Part shown: positions 1 through 13,085 of the stretch, one piece after another
How positions within the stretch are numbered: the first letter of the stretch is position 1
Layout of the letters: each line of letters opens with the position of its first letter
Source: Octopus sinensis
Taxonomy: Eukaryota
Reading direction: 5' to 3'
NCBI RefSeq assembly: GCF_006345805.1
Contig: NC_042998.1
Location: forward strand, 147,250,001-147,314,000
Length of the DNA stretch: 64,000 nucleotides
The notes under the pieces: generated by a model
Seen by the model: only the letters and a program-made list of their open reading frames with translations
The model's database searches: none
What the model was told of the DNA's origin: nothing
Position numbers and translations under genes: made by a program

Positions 1-99
1 AGCTTTCACGATAAAATTTATTCGGAAAAATTCTATCACGTTCATCGTAATATTGGCTGATGACATTTCTTTGTCATGCAATATTGATCCGATATCTGG

Positions 100-305
100 T
101 TAATAAATAATCCTTTCTACAATAGGGACAAGAACCGAAATTTTGGTGGATAGAGTTTGTCGATTACACTGACCCAGAGTTCAGCTGGTACTTATTCCAT
201 CGATTCCGAAAAGATGAATGTCAAAGTTGATTTCGTTGGCATTTGAAAAGCCGGACGAAATGTTGCTAAGCATTTTGGCCGGTGTATTAACGGTTCGCAA
301 GCGCA
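100..305 (-). mobile_element. tRNA-type SINE, family A (degenerate)
   Basis: Reverse complement matches the element at 5502-5730 (GTCGATTAC...CTGGTACTTA...GATGAA...AAAGT...CTAAGCATTT). Confidence 0.75.
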
Positions 306-306
306 C

Positions 307-307
307 C

Positions 308-359
<52 letters not shown>

Positions 360-362
360 GTA

Positions 363-423
<61 letters not shown>

Positions 424-482
424 GAAGAAGAAGAAGAAGAAGAAGAGAAGAAGAAGAAGAAAGAAGAAGAAAAAGAAGAAGA
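307..482 (+). repeat. Compound (AAT)n-(AAG)n microsatellite
   Basis: Direct reading; it explains the poly-N/K and poly-Y/F ORFs at 192-520. Confidence 0.98.
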
Positions 483-483
483 A

Positions 484-910
484 TCAGGCACTAGCTCTCA
501 TAGCTTCTGATCTTAACTGATTAAAAGTGTTATCATGTACATGTTTTGTCTTGGTATAAGCGATGGGCTACAGCAAATATTCCGCTCAATACCACAGATT
601 TTCTTGTCAGTTGTTTAACCTTAACCAGTTGAATATGTCCTTTAGTGGCTGATTCCCAGCAGGAGTAGTGGGGAAGCATCATAGCCGTGTTATAAGAGGA
701 ATTCTTTGGGGCTTGAAAATTCTAACTGGGTCCCACCTGCAAGTCATGCGTTGTTTATCTTGATATGAGATCACCATGTCCTGCACATATGATTGTGATG
801 TATGTGCTTGATGTATCCTTATCAGACAGGTAGTCATAAGAGGTATACTGGGCTTCGTATATTTGTACACCAGTGTCACTTTGATGGCATGCGCTGCTCT
901 CACACTCACT
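484..910. mobile_element. Interspersed repeat, family E, internally deleted copy
   Basis: Aligns with 55541-55989 (AATATTC.GCTCAATACCACA...GATGGCATGC.CTGCTCTC.CACTC) and lacks about 100 bp present in that copy. Confidence 0.8.
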
Positions 911-1127
911 AATAATGGTTTGAAATTTTTCCCAAGGCCAGCAGTTTCGGAGTAATAGGTTAGTCGATTACATAGACCCAAGTGTTCAGCTGGTACTTAT
1001 TTTATCAACTCCGAAAGGATGAAGGGCAAAGTCAACCTCGGCGGAATTTGAACTCAGAACGTAAAGACAGTCAAAATGCCGTTAAGCATTTTGCCTAGCA
1101 TGCTAACGATTCTACCAGCTCGCCGAC
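911..1127 (-). mobile_element. SINE family A
   Basis: GGCAAAGTCAACCTCGGCGGAATTTGAACTCAGAACGT...CCAGCTCGCCG is the reverse complement of the family A head. Confidence 0.9.
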
Positions 1128-3889
1128 GAAAATACAAAACTTTCAATTGGTGTTAAACAAGAAATGTACAGTGGAGAAAAACATCTTTGCAAATACGAAG
1201 AGAGTGGGTAAGAGACATGAACTATATGGAAGGATGTAATAAGAATTTTAAAGTGCACCCCCCACACACACACGTGCGTATACATTTACACACATGGACG
1301 CACACATACCTGCAAGGAAATAATTTTAGAAATACGATAAAATACAATAATTAAAACAAGTTGTAATTTAAAATATGTAAAATATGAAATATTGCTAGAT
1401 TGAGTTCTGTAAGCCATGATTTTGTTCACTTCATCATTTCTCAGCCTGTGTTCGCGTGCAACCAAATGCACTACTAAGCATGTTTTGAGGAATCTGATAT
1501 TGAAACACACAAACATATTTTTCTTTTCTTTTTTAATTTCGAAATTATGTATGTCTTAATTTTAATATTACTGAACGTCTATCTTTTGCATGTGGTATAT
1601 ACTTTGAATCTAACTGTTTACGTATCATTAAAACTTCTGAAAGATAATGGCACCACAGAAACGTACTTTTGTCTGTTAACTGTTTGATTTTTGAAGAACA
1701 GTGAATCGATTTTTGTTCCTCTACGTTTTCTTCGTTATTTTCGTGAGGAGGGAATTCTTTATCGTTTAGAAGAAATTGCTACTCCTCACTCACTTTTGTT
1801 GTTTTTGTGTTTTGCTTTCTTTGCGATATTTTTCTCTTTTTATCTTAACGTATTTTCGTTTATAATTATTTCTTCATCATCGTACGATGATAGAGTGATA
1901 TTACAGTTTGGTACTCTTAGGAGACGAGGTATTTGTTCATCTATTTATACTAGGCCTGAATATATATTTTTTTTATATCCTTACAGTTTTGACTGGTCGT
2001 GCCCTGGAAACTGGGGTTGCTCTCTTTTTTGTTCTTGCTGTTCATTTTTTTGTCTTGGTTTTTCTTATTTTTTACTTAACTTTCTAAGTGAAACTTTCTA
2101 AGTAAAACTTAACGTTCAATTCTAAGCTGTGTTTTGATCATACAAATATAAAAAGCAAACTTCCGACCTTTCAACATATTTTGTCACGGCACCCTCTACT
2201 GGGCACAGTTCTTGTATTCATCTGGCCTTCAGGGACCTTCAGGGGTCATCTGGCCTTCAAGGGTCATTAAGACTTACAAGTCTATTTTGACTCTCCCTAA
2301 CCACAAATTACCTCTCATTAAATCTGCTTTGACCATTCTCCCTTACTGTGGCACATTCTTGTGTTCCTTTGACGCATGGACTAGGGGTACAAATGTCTAG
2401 CCAGAGGTATGTCTGATAATTTTAACCCGCGTTCTGGCAGCATTTTCAGTTTTAAAAGTTCAGGAAATGGTACTGGGAATTTTTCCTTTTACGATTAAGA
2501 TAATTTCTCTCGGTATGCTTTAGAGAGCTTGCTATATTATTTGACGTAACAGGAAATTTAGATGATTTCTATCTTTTGATGTGTGTTTGTGTGTGTGTTT
2601 ATAAAATGTTCTCTATCTTCTCATAAATTATCTGCAGAGACAAAAAAAAAAGAAAGAAAAAAGGCTGCTTGTTTTCACGAAATTCTCTCAGCATTCTTTT
2701 CTTGTAACCGTGACAGGTCCAAAACTTCTGTTTGTTCGTTTATCTTTGAATGAAGGTTTGTCTTCACACAGTTGTCATGTGAACCAAACGTAGTGTTTGG
2801 AACTGAGTAATATTTGCTACTCTACTGGGTTTTTTTGTTATTACTGTCGCTTCTTCGAAATCAATTTGAATATTTAGGACATTCTTTTCCTATTAAATGT
2901 GTACATGAAAACTATGCAGAAGCCCGTCCGATGGACTGTAATTGTAATACGAAAACTACAGCCTTGTCACATGCAATGCCTCGCCGATTCTGCCTGAGAA
3001 TTACACGTGTTTGTGGAATACACTGCCACTTAAATGAGAATACAATGAACAAGTAATTCAGTTGATTAAACAATCGAATTCTCATCGTCGACACAGACGA
3101 ACACCCATTTATTTTTCAATTACTACCTTTGTTTATCTCCAATATGAATTTTAATAAGATTATTTTCAAAACCTCGTTGATTATTCTTCGGGATTTTCTA
3201 CCTACTTCTCTACAGGAACCGACTCACAATTAAATTATTAATCTAACTTTAGAAAATCAGGTTTCCTTTCATCTCTATCCCCCGCTTTATATCTTCAAAT
3301 AAAGTTCTATTGATGTTTTATAGAATCAGGTAAATACGAAGATCATTTAAGCACTCATTACCTTTTTAAAATTCTTGGTTTAATATCGAAAATATGGGAC
3401 TCGAAATACCAAATATAGTTGTTATTTCTTTCCAACAGGAAAGAAATAACAACTATGTTTGCTAAATGACCAGGAATTGTATAAGAGAGATATCTGAGAA
3501 ATCAGTTTCACCCACAGTACATTGTCAGTACTTGATTTCTGTCCCTTGGTCTCAAAAAAAAAAAAATTTAGCTCTAGGGGATTTGCACAAAGAATTTATG
3601 GCAACATAACTAAATGTCGGAAAGAATTCTTTCGACATCGGACCATTTCTGTCATTGTACTGGCAAATGGTATTAACTTACGTAAGAACAAGGATTTGAC
3701 TGCTGACTGGTATTTCTAGCAGGTGGCTCGAATAAGAAATAACACTAAGGCTTTTTGTTTATAAAATGTGACAACCATATTAGATAGTGTGGTTCGGCCG
3801 ACATAAACGGGGGAGGGAGGCGGGGTGGTAGATTTGCCATGAAACACCTTTGATCATAGCCTTTCTGGGTCAAGGTGGATTGTGGCCAC

Positions 3890-3935
3890 CACCACCACCA
3901 CAACAACAACAACAGCAACAACAACAACAACAACA

Positions 3936-3969
<34 letters not shown>

Positions 3970-3986
3970 TTACTACTACTACTACC
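3890..3986 (+). repeat. Compound (CAC)(CAA)(TAC)n microsatellite
   Basis: Direct reading. Confidence 0.95.
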
Positions 3987-4351
3987 ATGTAACTGGTAAT
4001 ACTGTCACTACTGCTTCTACTACAAGTTCTAGTTCTACTGCTACTACTATAACTGCTGCTGTAATGTATCTGTAAAATTACCCAAATCACAATAAGATGC
4101 CACACTCACTTGGCAATTAACTTAACATTTTAATAATCAACTGCCTCTCCAATTTCTTATACAATACTAAAATCGTTCCACTTTTCAGTTTCACTGCAGT
4201 TTTGCACCACGTTCATTCTAGAAGTTAGCTTGAAGTTATTTTAATTTTATTGGAAAATTACATATTGTTGACGATTTATTCTATTCTTCTCTCACTAGCA
4301 TTAGCGGCTCTTTACACCTCCTTCTCCCACTCTCTTTCTACCCTTCTCTGT

Positions 4352-4387
4352 TTTTTTGATGAAGGACTAACGTTCGAAATGTTAAGA
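4352..4387 (+). ncRNA. Degenerate minimal type I hammerhead-like motif (Penelope type)
   Basis: TTTT-TTGATGA-A-GGAC(taac)GTTC-GAA-ATGT-T-AAGA. C3 is T and the palindromic ACGT has become ATGT. It follows a pyrimidine tract like the other copies. Confidence 0.4.
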
Positions 4388-4481
4388 TATTTTATCTTTT
4401 CATTAAAACGTTAAGCTTTTACCTCATTTGTAGAAACTCGTTCCTCCTGTTTTTAAGTGTTCACTGATTGTATTTACACTA

Positions 4482-4513
<32 letters not shown>

Positions 4514-5501
4514 TGTGTGTCTGTGTGTGTATGCATATATGATAAGCTCACAATGACCTAGTTTCCTAAAACTCATTCAAAAGGTGTAGCTGTCTGGATG
4601 AAGGCATATCTTTATTGTTTGTACTTATTTTTTCCTATTTACTTTTCATAATCTTGTCTTTCACTTTGTTTCCCTCTTCTCTCTCTCTCAACACTCACAC
4701 ACATATGCACATGGACACACACACACACACACGGATATGGACACACGCACATGTATCTGTGATGATCAAGTTGACTTGGATTTCAGATTTCACTTGTTGG
4801 CTTGTTCAACCGGTTTAGTTGAACAAGTCGATAGGCGAAACTTGATGTCCCTGTCAACTTGATTAACTGGACCTTCACAATAAATTTAAATCTGCTCGCA
4901 TCATCAAAAAACGATCTGTTGTTATTCCTAAACCAGCTTTAAATTAATATTATTTTTTTTACAGTTATATATGATCAATAAATAATACATTGTACAATAC
5001 ATATTTTCTCAGCCTATTCCAACCTATTTCCATCCTTTACGATACACATTCGACTGGAGATAAACCTCTAGTTTTCTTTAATACATTTTCATCCGTCAGA
5101 AATGGATATAATTAATAAAGTTTGTATCGTAATTCGCAGATGCTCCAGTATATGAAAATTACCATAGAAGACTGTTTAAATGCTCGATACAATATACTAC
5201 TCAGTGAATGATGGCTGTGGATAAGGCCCGAAGGAGCGATGTTTAGTATCTGTGAGCTTTAGGTGCCGATAAGATATATGCGAACATTTAGGACTGTATT
5301 ATTGCAGTCTGCAATTCAATCACCGCAACAAACATGCTGATCTGTTCCGCGACTCCGCCTAAGCATCTATCTCAGTGTTCGCGTTTTCGATTACATCACA
5401 CGTTAATCATAAACTCATTCACTTCAAATCTGTACAATATAACCTTATGCATTATTATAAATATAACATCAAGTAATATATATTTCAATATTATACCATA
5501 A

Positions 5502-5730
5502 GGCGGCGAGCTGGCAGAACCGTTAGCGTGCCGGGCGAAATGCGTAACCGTATTTCGTCTGCCGTTACGTTCTGAGTTCAAATTCCGCCGAGATCGACTT
5601 TGCCTTTCATCCTTTCGGGGTCGATAAATTAAGTACCAGTTACGCATTGGGGTCGATGTAATCGACTTAATTCGTTTGTCTGTCCTTGTTTGTCCCCTCT
5701 ATGTTTAGCCCCTTGTGGGTAATAAAGAAA
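5502..5730 (+). mobile_element. Full-length SINE family A with 22-bp target-site duplication
   Basis: Head GGCGGCGAGCTGGCAGAA, B-box-like GAGTTCAAATTCC, tail CTTGTGGGTAATAAAGAAA. Flanks ATATATTTCAATATT(A/G)TACCAT at 5478-5499 and 5734-5755. Confidence 0.95.
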
Positions 5731-6061
5731 CAAATATATTTCAATATTGTACCATCTATTATTTCATGAGCACGTCTACGTCGATCACGTGTTGTCCTGT
5801 ACAGTCCTATCATATATCTCCAGCACGCGTTTCCTTCATAACTCCCTAATATTTCCTATCTTATTCCGAATTATCTATTGATTAATTATTAATCTATAAC
5901 AATGCAATTAGCTTCATCTCTATTAATTCATCTATTTATTTAATTATGCATTACTCATTTAATTAATTCGTTAATTATCTACAAAATCGTCTTTTTAAGC
6001 TGTCACTTAGTTAATTGCTATATCAATTTCGGTGGCCACAAAGTACATTTTCAAGAATTCT

Positions 6062-6175
6062 TAGGTTCGAGCTCTATGTGTGGCATCTGAGGCAAGTTGC
6101 TTCTACCACAGTCTCAGATAAACCAAAGCCTTGTGAGTAAAAGTGAATGGACGGAAACTGTGTAGAAGCCTGTCA
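6062..6175 (+). mobile_element. SINE family B, 5' fragment
   Basis: GGCAAGT..CTTCTAC...CCAAAGCCTTGTGAGT...GACGGAAACTG matches the first half of 22830-23243. Confidence 0.65.
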
Positions 6176-6787
6176 GTAGATCGTATAATTTAATTATACA
6201 GCCTTTCAACACACTGTGTTACACTTATTCTGTTTGACAATAACATTAAAGATACATGCGCCAGTGGGATATTCAACCACTAACACTTGAATTCAATGAA
6301 CAAGTAAGTTTGTTGATTGTCGATACCGACAGAGATCCATGAATACATTTTTGATAAATTTTATCAAATGCTCACGTGTACTTATCCTACCCCTCACGAA
6401 TAACTATTACAAATAAGAAGTACACCCGCAAACAAAATATTCATTAGTATCACTCTTGTAATGTTATCTATTGTTTTTTACCTAAACTCTTCTCACATTA
6501 TTCCATATTCTATATATATTTATGTCTTTCACTGTTCCCCTTTGATTCCAGTCTGGGAGTAATTTTTTTTTTTTGCACAATTACATTGTATTTCACGCGT
6601 TAATAACTCGAGGCCATAATGGGCCAGTGTGTGCGTGTGGGTTCTTCAACCATCCTGCTTACATACCTGTTTTGTTTGCTATAGTTGCCATCTGATTGAA
6701 TGCCCTTACTCGTGAAAACTCACAAGCAACGTTTTATGAATTCGACTAAACTTACACATGCATACATGTACTCACACAAACACATAT

Positions 6788-6825
<38 letters not shown>

Positions 6826-6833
6826 CTGCCTGC

Positions 6834-6985
6834 GTGAAGGTGTGTGGTCTGGCGAGCAGGGTGTTGACAGTACGATCATCAGCTTGTAGTTTCGGTTTCT
6901 GGACTGGGCATCGTGTTGTGCCCTTCAAAGAGGCATTTCCTTTTACATTGATCCAGTCTATTCAGATGAAAATGAGTAACAGCTG
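6834..6985 (+). mobile_element. Degenerate tRNA-head CORE-type SINE
   Basis: GTGAAGGTGTGTGG head followed by GTGTTGTGCCCTT...CCAGTCTATTCAG.TGAAAATGAGTA, as in 42868-43155. Confidence 0.6.
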
Positions 6986-7428
6986 AGTAATACTACTTCA
7001 GCCGTTTCTCCCATCAGCTGCCACATATCTGATGTTCTGCTGGGAAGTACGGGAAGGCACCATGTCTGTTCACAGCTACAAAGGCATCTAAAATAATTAG
7101 TGAAAGTGTGGAGCAAGCTACCTGCGAGCGTCGGAAGCATATACAAACACAAACGGCAACATGTACACACGCACTCACACATGTGCACGCACACACTCAC
7201 ACACACATTTATATGCATATCTATTTAGGCACACTCATTTCATTGGGTTGGGTTAGTCTTTGTATTCTTCTGAGGTCGAGAAAATAAACACCAGAGAAAG
7301 TATTGGTGTCCATAAATCTAGGAAAACCCTTGAAAGTTGCGCTCCAGTATGGACGCACACTAATAACTGCAATTAGTAAAAGAATAAAATATTATACATG
7401 TGTGTGTTCATGAGTGTGTAAGCATGTA

Positions 7429-8684
7429 TTGGGTTGTCCGATTGTATTGGGTTGCCGATTTTTAAAGGAAAGAAAACGGTCAATAAATACATTATATTTT
7501 TAATCAACCAAATATGAACCATTTTGTTGCTCAATGCGTCTCTATCTTTCCTTCAACTTGAAAATACCCTCTTCCCAGAATTGAGGTGGTTTCATGGCAA
7601 AGAATTCATCAAGGTATCTTTTTACGTCATTCAAGGAATTGAAATTTATACCATTAAGACTATTCTGCAGAGACCTGAATAAGTGGAAATCCGAAGGAAC
7701 AATATCTGGTGAATATGGAGGGTAGGGTAACACATCCCAGCCGAGCTGCAGCAATTTTTGTCTGGTTCCCAAAGAAACGTGCGGAAAACAACACCCTTTC
7801 TGTTGGCCAATTCTGGACGTTTCTCTGGAATATCTGCTTTTAACTCGTCCAGTTGTGTGCAGTATTTCTCAGAATTAATTGTCTGGTTACTTGGGAGAAG
7901 CTCATAGTACAGAATTCCTTTCCAATCCCACCAGACACAAAGCAAGACTTTTTTAGGGTAAAGACTCGCTTTTTGGGTGGCTAAGGGTGGTTCATGTCGC
8001 TTACTCCAGGATTGCTTTCTCTGAATATTTCGGTAGATAATCCATTTCTCATCACCTGTCACAATTTGCTTTAAAAAAAAGCGCGTTTTCATTCCGTTTA
8101 TAAAGCGAATTACAGATGGAAATGTGATCCAAAAGGTTCTTCTTACTCAACTCACTCAAACCAAACATCGTAGCGATTTGTGTACCCAAGCTTTACCAGG
8201 TGCTCATGAACGACGGATTTTGATAGGTTGAGGCTTTCTGCCAATTCTCGGGTTGTGCAATATGGGTTATTCTCAATTAATGACTTGATTTGGTCATCAT
8301 CTGTAATGGATGGTCTGCCTGATCGTTCTTTATCAAGAAAGCTACAATCTCCAGCTCTGAACCTTGAGAATCACTTCCGTACAGAACTTTCGGATAAAGA
8401 AACATCACCGTAAACTGCGCATATTTCTTTGGTTGCTTGTGAGGCAGTTTTCCTTTTACGGAAAAGAAAAGCATCAAGTGCCGAAAATGAACTTTTTTAT
8501 CTTCCATTTTAAAGGGTTACAGAATTAACACAGGTTATAGGAACATCAACCTTCTTCCACGAAAAGATAGTTTAAACTGTGCTCTAAATGGAGGTGTAGT
8601 CAAATCCTATGTTATGGACTCAATCATGTTCTAAAGCGAAAGGTAAGCTACTATAAATCGGCACGAACTTTCCGGACAACCCAA
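7429..8684 (-). mobile_element. mariner (DD34D) transposon, mellifera-subfamily-like, inactive
   Basis: Right TIR reads TTGGGTTGTCCGGAAAGTTCGTGCCGATTT on the minus strand. The left end TTGGGTTGTCCG...TGCCGATTT follows a TA and is partly rearranged. Length about 1.26 kb. Confidence 0.93.
7500..8507 (-). pseudogene. mariner transposase pseudogene
   Basis: MEDKKVHFRHLMLFF..., IVTGDEKWIIY, KKVLLCVWWDWKG, YPPYSPDIVPSDFHLFRSLQN. Several frameshifts. The HxDNAR segment with the second catalytic Asp is deleted near 7784. Confidence 0.95.
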
Positions 8685-8703
8685 TTTAATATATAAATCT
8701 CTC

Positions 8704-8887
8704 TCAGGAGTGGCTGTGTGTTAAGAAGTTTACTTCCCAACCACATGCTTCCGGGTTTAGTCCCACAGCGTGGCACCATCGGCAAGTGTCTTCTACTATA
8801 ACCTCGGGCCGACCAAAGCCTTGTGAGTGGATTTGATAGATGGAAACTGAAACAAGCTCGTCTATATACATACATATATATATATTA

Positions 8888-8933
<46 letters not shown>

Positions 8934-9190
8934 TATATATATACATACATACATATATATACACCACACACACACACACACAAACACATATATATATATA
9001 TATATATTTGTGTCTGTGCTTGTTCCCCCAGCATCGCTTGACAACTGATGTTGGTGTGTTTACGTCCCCGTAATTTAGCGGTTTGGCAAACGAAATCGAT
9101 TTATTACAAAAAATAAGTCCTGGGTAGATTTGTTCGACTAAAGGTAGTGCTCCAGCATGGCCGCAGTTAAATGACAAACAAATAAGAGAA
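8704..9190 (+). mobile_element. SINE family B with internal (TA)/(CA) microsatellite
   Basis: Head CAGGAGTGGCTGTGTG.TAAG, body CCTTGTGAGTGGATTTG.TAGA.GGAAACTGAAA, microsatellite, then tail GTGCTCCAGCATGGCCGCAGT..AATGAC. Confidence 0.93.
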
Positions 9191-10851
9191 TATATATGTG
9201 TGAGTGTGTGTGCGCGCGCGCGTGTGTAATATATGTGTGTATCTATATGTACATATAAATGTATGTGTGTAAACACACACACACGCACATATACCGTTTC
9301 AATTTCTCTTCGTTTCTTTTTCCATCCCCTACTTTAATTTATTGACCTGTCTCTTTTTCTCGCCTTATCGTATCTCATTGACTTACATTCGTTTTTTTTT
9401 TTTTTGCATATAATCTTTAATCTCAAACCTCCATGTATTTGGATAGCCTGCTTAGGATATATGTCTCCACAAAATATCTACAACATTAATTCATTTACCA
9501 AATTAATTTAAGTCTCTGTGTTCCTCTCTCTCTCCCTCTTTATCTGTCTCTCCCCCCTCTCTGTTTTTCCCTCCTTCGTATCCAAGTAGGTCTTTTAAAA
9601 AAGAACTTTTAGCAATATAATGAAGTGATACAATACACACATGATTTGAAGCTTAGTTCGGCGATAATACGTTAACATAGATAGAAGCGAGGACTGCACA
9701 AAGAGTCCGTCACTTCGATTTGCTTAATGTTTATCAACCTATTCGCCGACCTCTTCAGTTTGTTCTGCTAGTGTTTACTTACAATTCTTCACTAGTTTGT
9801 TACGGAGCACTGTTCCCTTTGGAGAAAAGTAAAATCAGCATTGAAAGTCAACAAATCACCCGTCAATTTTACGGATCAATCGTAGTTTATAGTGATTATG
9901 TCACGCCGTAGTACCTATTAAGAAGTTAAGTAAACTCGGTGCCCGATATAGAATATAAAGAGTACCAGGCAACCAGTGATCTCTTGAATGCTGGCTATCT
10001 GGGTCTCTATTGACATTGCCAAGTGTGTCAATGAAGTAAAATAAAAATAGATTAAGAATAGAGAAAGCTATTGAGTTATGAAATAGCGATTAGCCAATGA
10101 GAGACGAATTCATTGTCATATGTTACCATAGATTACTTACGCTGCTAGAAATCTTCATACGGAGTTAATTTTTGGAATGTTAGTCATAAAGCTGTATGAA
10201 ACATCCGCCAAAATGTTAGAGTTTTGCTATGACTAAGACCCTAAAAGAGGATTCTAACTCAGCCCTTAAACCTAAATAAATATTTATGTGCTATATAATT
10301 AATGTTGCTACGTAGAGAAACGAAATATCGATCTTTGACCGACAGTTAACTTCCAGGGCTCTATCTCCTTTTGTGTCTCCTTCTTTTGTAGATTAAAATC
10401 AATAATATAATGATTTTGTGCGTATCAGTACAAGTGTAATTATAATTAATTAACCTTTCTAGGTTCATTACATCAATTATATTAAAGACTCTTGACATTT
10501 AGTCCACATCTCTCCCTGATGACCACAATACTCTGTCCACCCCCACCCCCGTTCCCGCTTTCTATCATCTCTTTGTTTTGTTGCATCTCATTCTCATCTT
10601 CACGAGCATGATCCTTTCTCACGTTTTTCCCTTGTCTCTCTATTTCTTAATTTCCCTGCTCGCCCGCATCTCTCTCCCTTTCTCCCCTCCTCTTTCTATC
10701 CCTTTTTCCAAACAGAAAATAATTTAGCCTACCATCTGGCTAATAACTATTATTGCCTTCTTAAGTTAACACACAACATTTTGCGTGAAAATTTTCTGAT
10801 GTATAAATATAGATATTAGGCGAGTTTATTGCTTAAAACTTCGCTAGTTTC

Positions 10852-10885
<34 letters not shown>

Positions 10886-10919
10886 GTGTGTGTGCGTGTG
10901 TGTGTGTGTGTGTGTGCCG

Positions 10920-11100
10920 CTGAAATCTAGAAGTTTTTTTTTTATCATTCTCTGTTTATTTTCTCTTGTTCCTTTCTGTTGAAGGGCGTAGGCTCGAAAC
11001 GTAAAAGACTTTTTCATTTTCCCCGAGCCTCAAACTGGTACACTTGCTTGTTGTTCATACACGTGTCTTCGTCTTTTGCTTTTCTATAAATTTCAATATA
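10920..11100 (+). mobile_element. Penelope-type terminal fragment with A6U hammerhead-like motif (10971-11008)
   Basis: CCTTT-CTGTTGA-A-GGGC(gtag)GCTC-GAA-ACGT-A-AAAGA; the same motif lies downstream of the GIY-YIG fragment at 24567. Confidence 0.7.
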
Positions 11101-11133
11101 CACACACACACATATATATACTTGTGTGTGTGT

Positions 11134-11169
<36 letters not shown>

Positions 11170-11599
11170 ATATATATATGATAAATTTATACGCATACGC
11201 GCGCATACACAAATATAAAGGTAATATTATGTGTGTGCGTGTGTGTGCTGCGTGCTGACAGGAACATTCAGAATATTTATGTCATACAGTACCTGTCTGA
11301 AGCAGGCGATCACGTGTACAGCAATTATAATAACAATAACGATAAGATTTCCAGTAAGCGTTTATCAGTTCATTCTTATAAATTCATCATATTCCGTTCG
11401 TCTCGACATTTCGGCAGCCATAATAGCTCCTGTTCCACTCTTCTTCAATTGTAACGCGTTTTATATTCTCACTTCTACTGTACACATTCACTAACATTGC
11501 AGCTTCAAATGCTTTGGGGATACATTTCATATTTTTGTAATTCTGAAGCTTCCTTAACAGGTAATATGAACAAAAGTTACGCGTATGTATTTAGTTGTT

Positions 11600-11601
<2 letters not shown>

Positions 11602-11657
<56 letters not shown>

Positions 11658-11717
11658 TGCGTGCGTGTTTGTGTGTGTGTGTGTGTGTGTGTGCGTGCGT
11701 GTTTGTGTGTGTGTGTG

Positions 11718-11750
<33 letters not shown>

Positions 11751-11770
11751 ACGTGTACGTGTGTGTGTAG
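11602..11770 (+). repeat. (GT)n microsatellite
   Basis: Direct reading. Confidence 0.98.
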
Positions 11771-12092
11771 GTTGTGGTTTATAAACAGGTGATTTGAACA
11801 AAAAATGCGCGTATATATTTGTGCGTATGTGTATATTTGTGAGTATGTGTATTTATGAGTGTGTGTGTGTGTGGATGGGGGGAGATGCAGCAAAACAAGA
11901 GATGATAGAAGCATTAATAATGGAAGACGGGAGCCGTTTTGTTATACATAGGTATAACCATTTACATTCTGAGTTCAAATCCTCGATGATTACGTTTTTC
12001 GTTTCTTCGTGGTCGGTAACTACGAAAATGTATTGGGTTTGAAACTACTTCTAGATCCCCTTCCTTTATACATACATACATACATACATACA

Positions 12093-12205
<113 letters not shown>

Positions 12206-12598
12206 CGAGCAAAAGGTCCCCACCCCGTCCAATGGACAGTACTGAGTTGTCAAACATATAAACCAAATTTTCTCAAAAGAACTTGTCCGACCGTCCCATA
12301 GGCTTCTCTTTGAGAAACACTGATTTAACCTAAATTTGAGACACCATGCATTTTTCTCGCGTACGCGTAGTATCGATCGCAACAGCTGATGTACTTGCGC
12401 GTACGAATGCACGTTCCCACGGCTTTATCGATCGCATTCTCACCTGGAATCGATTTTTGTAATTTTTTCTAGACTTATACACGCCCTGATATCGTCGGTA
12501 TCTACATATCAAATTTGAGCGCAATAGGATGGAGGATGCCCGAGATCCTATAAGACACACACACACACACACAGACAGAACGGATTTTATATAATAGA
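12206..12598 (-). mobile_element. Short non-autonomous Helitron-like element
   Basis: Minus strand begins A|TCTATTATATAAAATCCGTTCTGTCTGTGTG and ends ...GTCCATTGGAC...TTTGCTCG|T, a variant of CTRR. The CTACATATCAAATTTGAG motif resembles the one at 51110. Confidence 0.6.
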
Positions 12599-12949
12599 TA
12601 TATATAGGGATGATATTAAAATACCACTACGAGCGGTAAGCGAATTATTAGCCGAACAAGCAAATTAATAAAATATATACATACAATATTAGGTATGTAC
12701 ATATGTGTGTACATACTAAAAAATAGAAGTCAAAAAATACTTCTGTACCACCGGATAGTCAGAAATCTATTACAGACATGATAGGAAAAAATATCAATGA
12801 ACAATAATAATGTCTTACCTCTACTGGGTCAGAACAAGTAAATGCTGGTCAACCTGGTACCGGTTTCGAAATTTATATGTATATATTCAGTTGCTTGCAA
12901 AAAACAGAATTATAATTTGTATCTTTCTTGAAGTTCAAACGTTTCTCTG

Positions 12950-13085
12950 TAACCAGTGGTTGTGTAGTTAAAAAGATCGAATCGCAACCATATGATTTCG
13001 GATTCAAACAGATTGTACAGAATTTCGGACATCTTCTATGGCACCGGACCGACCAACGGCTTGTGAGTGAATTTGGTTAGCGGAA
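12950..13085 (+). mobile_element. SINE family B, 5' fragment
   Basis: GTGGTTGTGTAGTTAAAAAG...CAACCATATG...GACCAACGGCTTGTGAGTGAATTTGG. Confidence 0.65.

Noticed and set aside
11503-11560. 58-bp candidate exon (CTAAC...CAG / CAG|GTAATA)
   Set aside because: The branch-like motif is very close to the AG, the peptide is unrecognisable and no partner exons were found.
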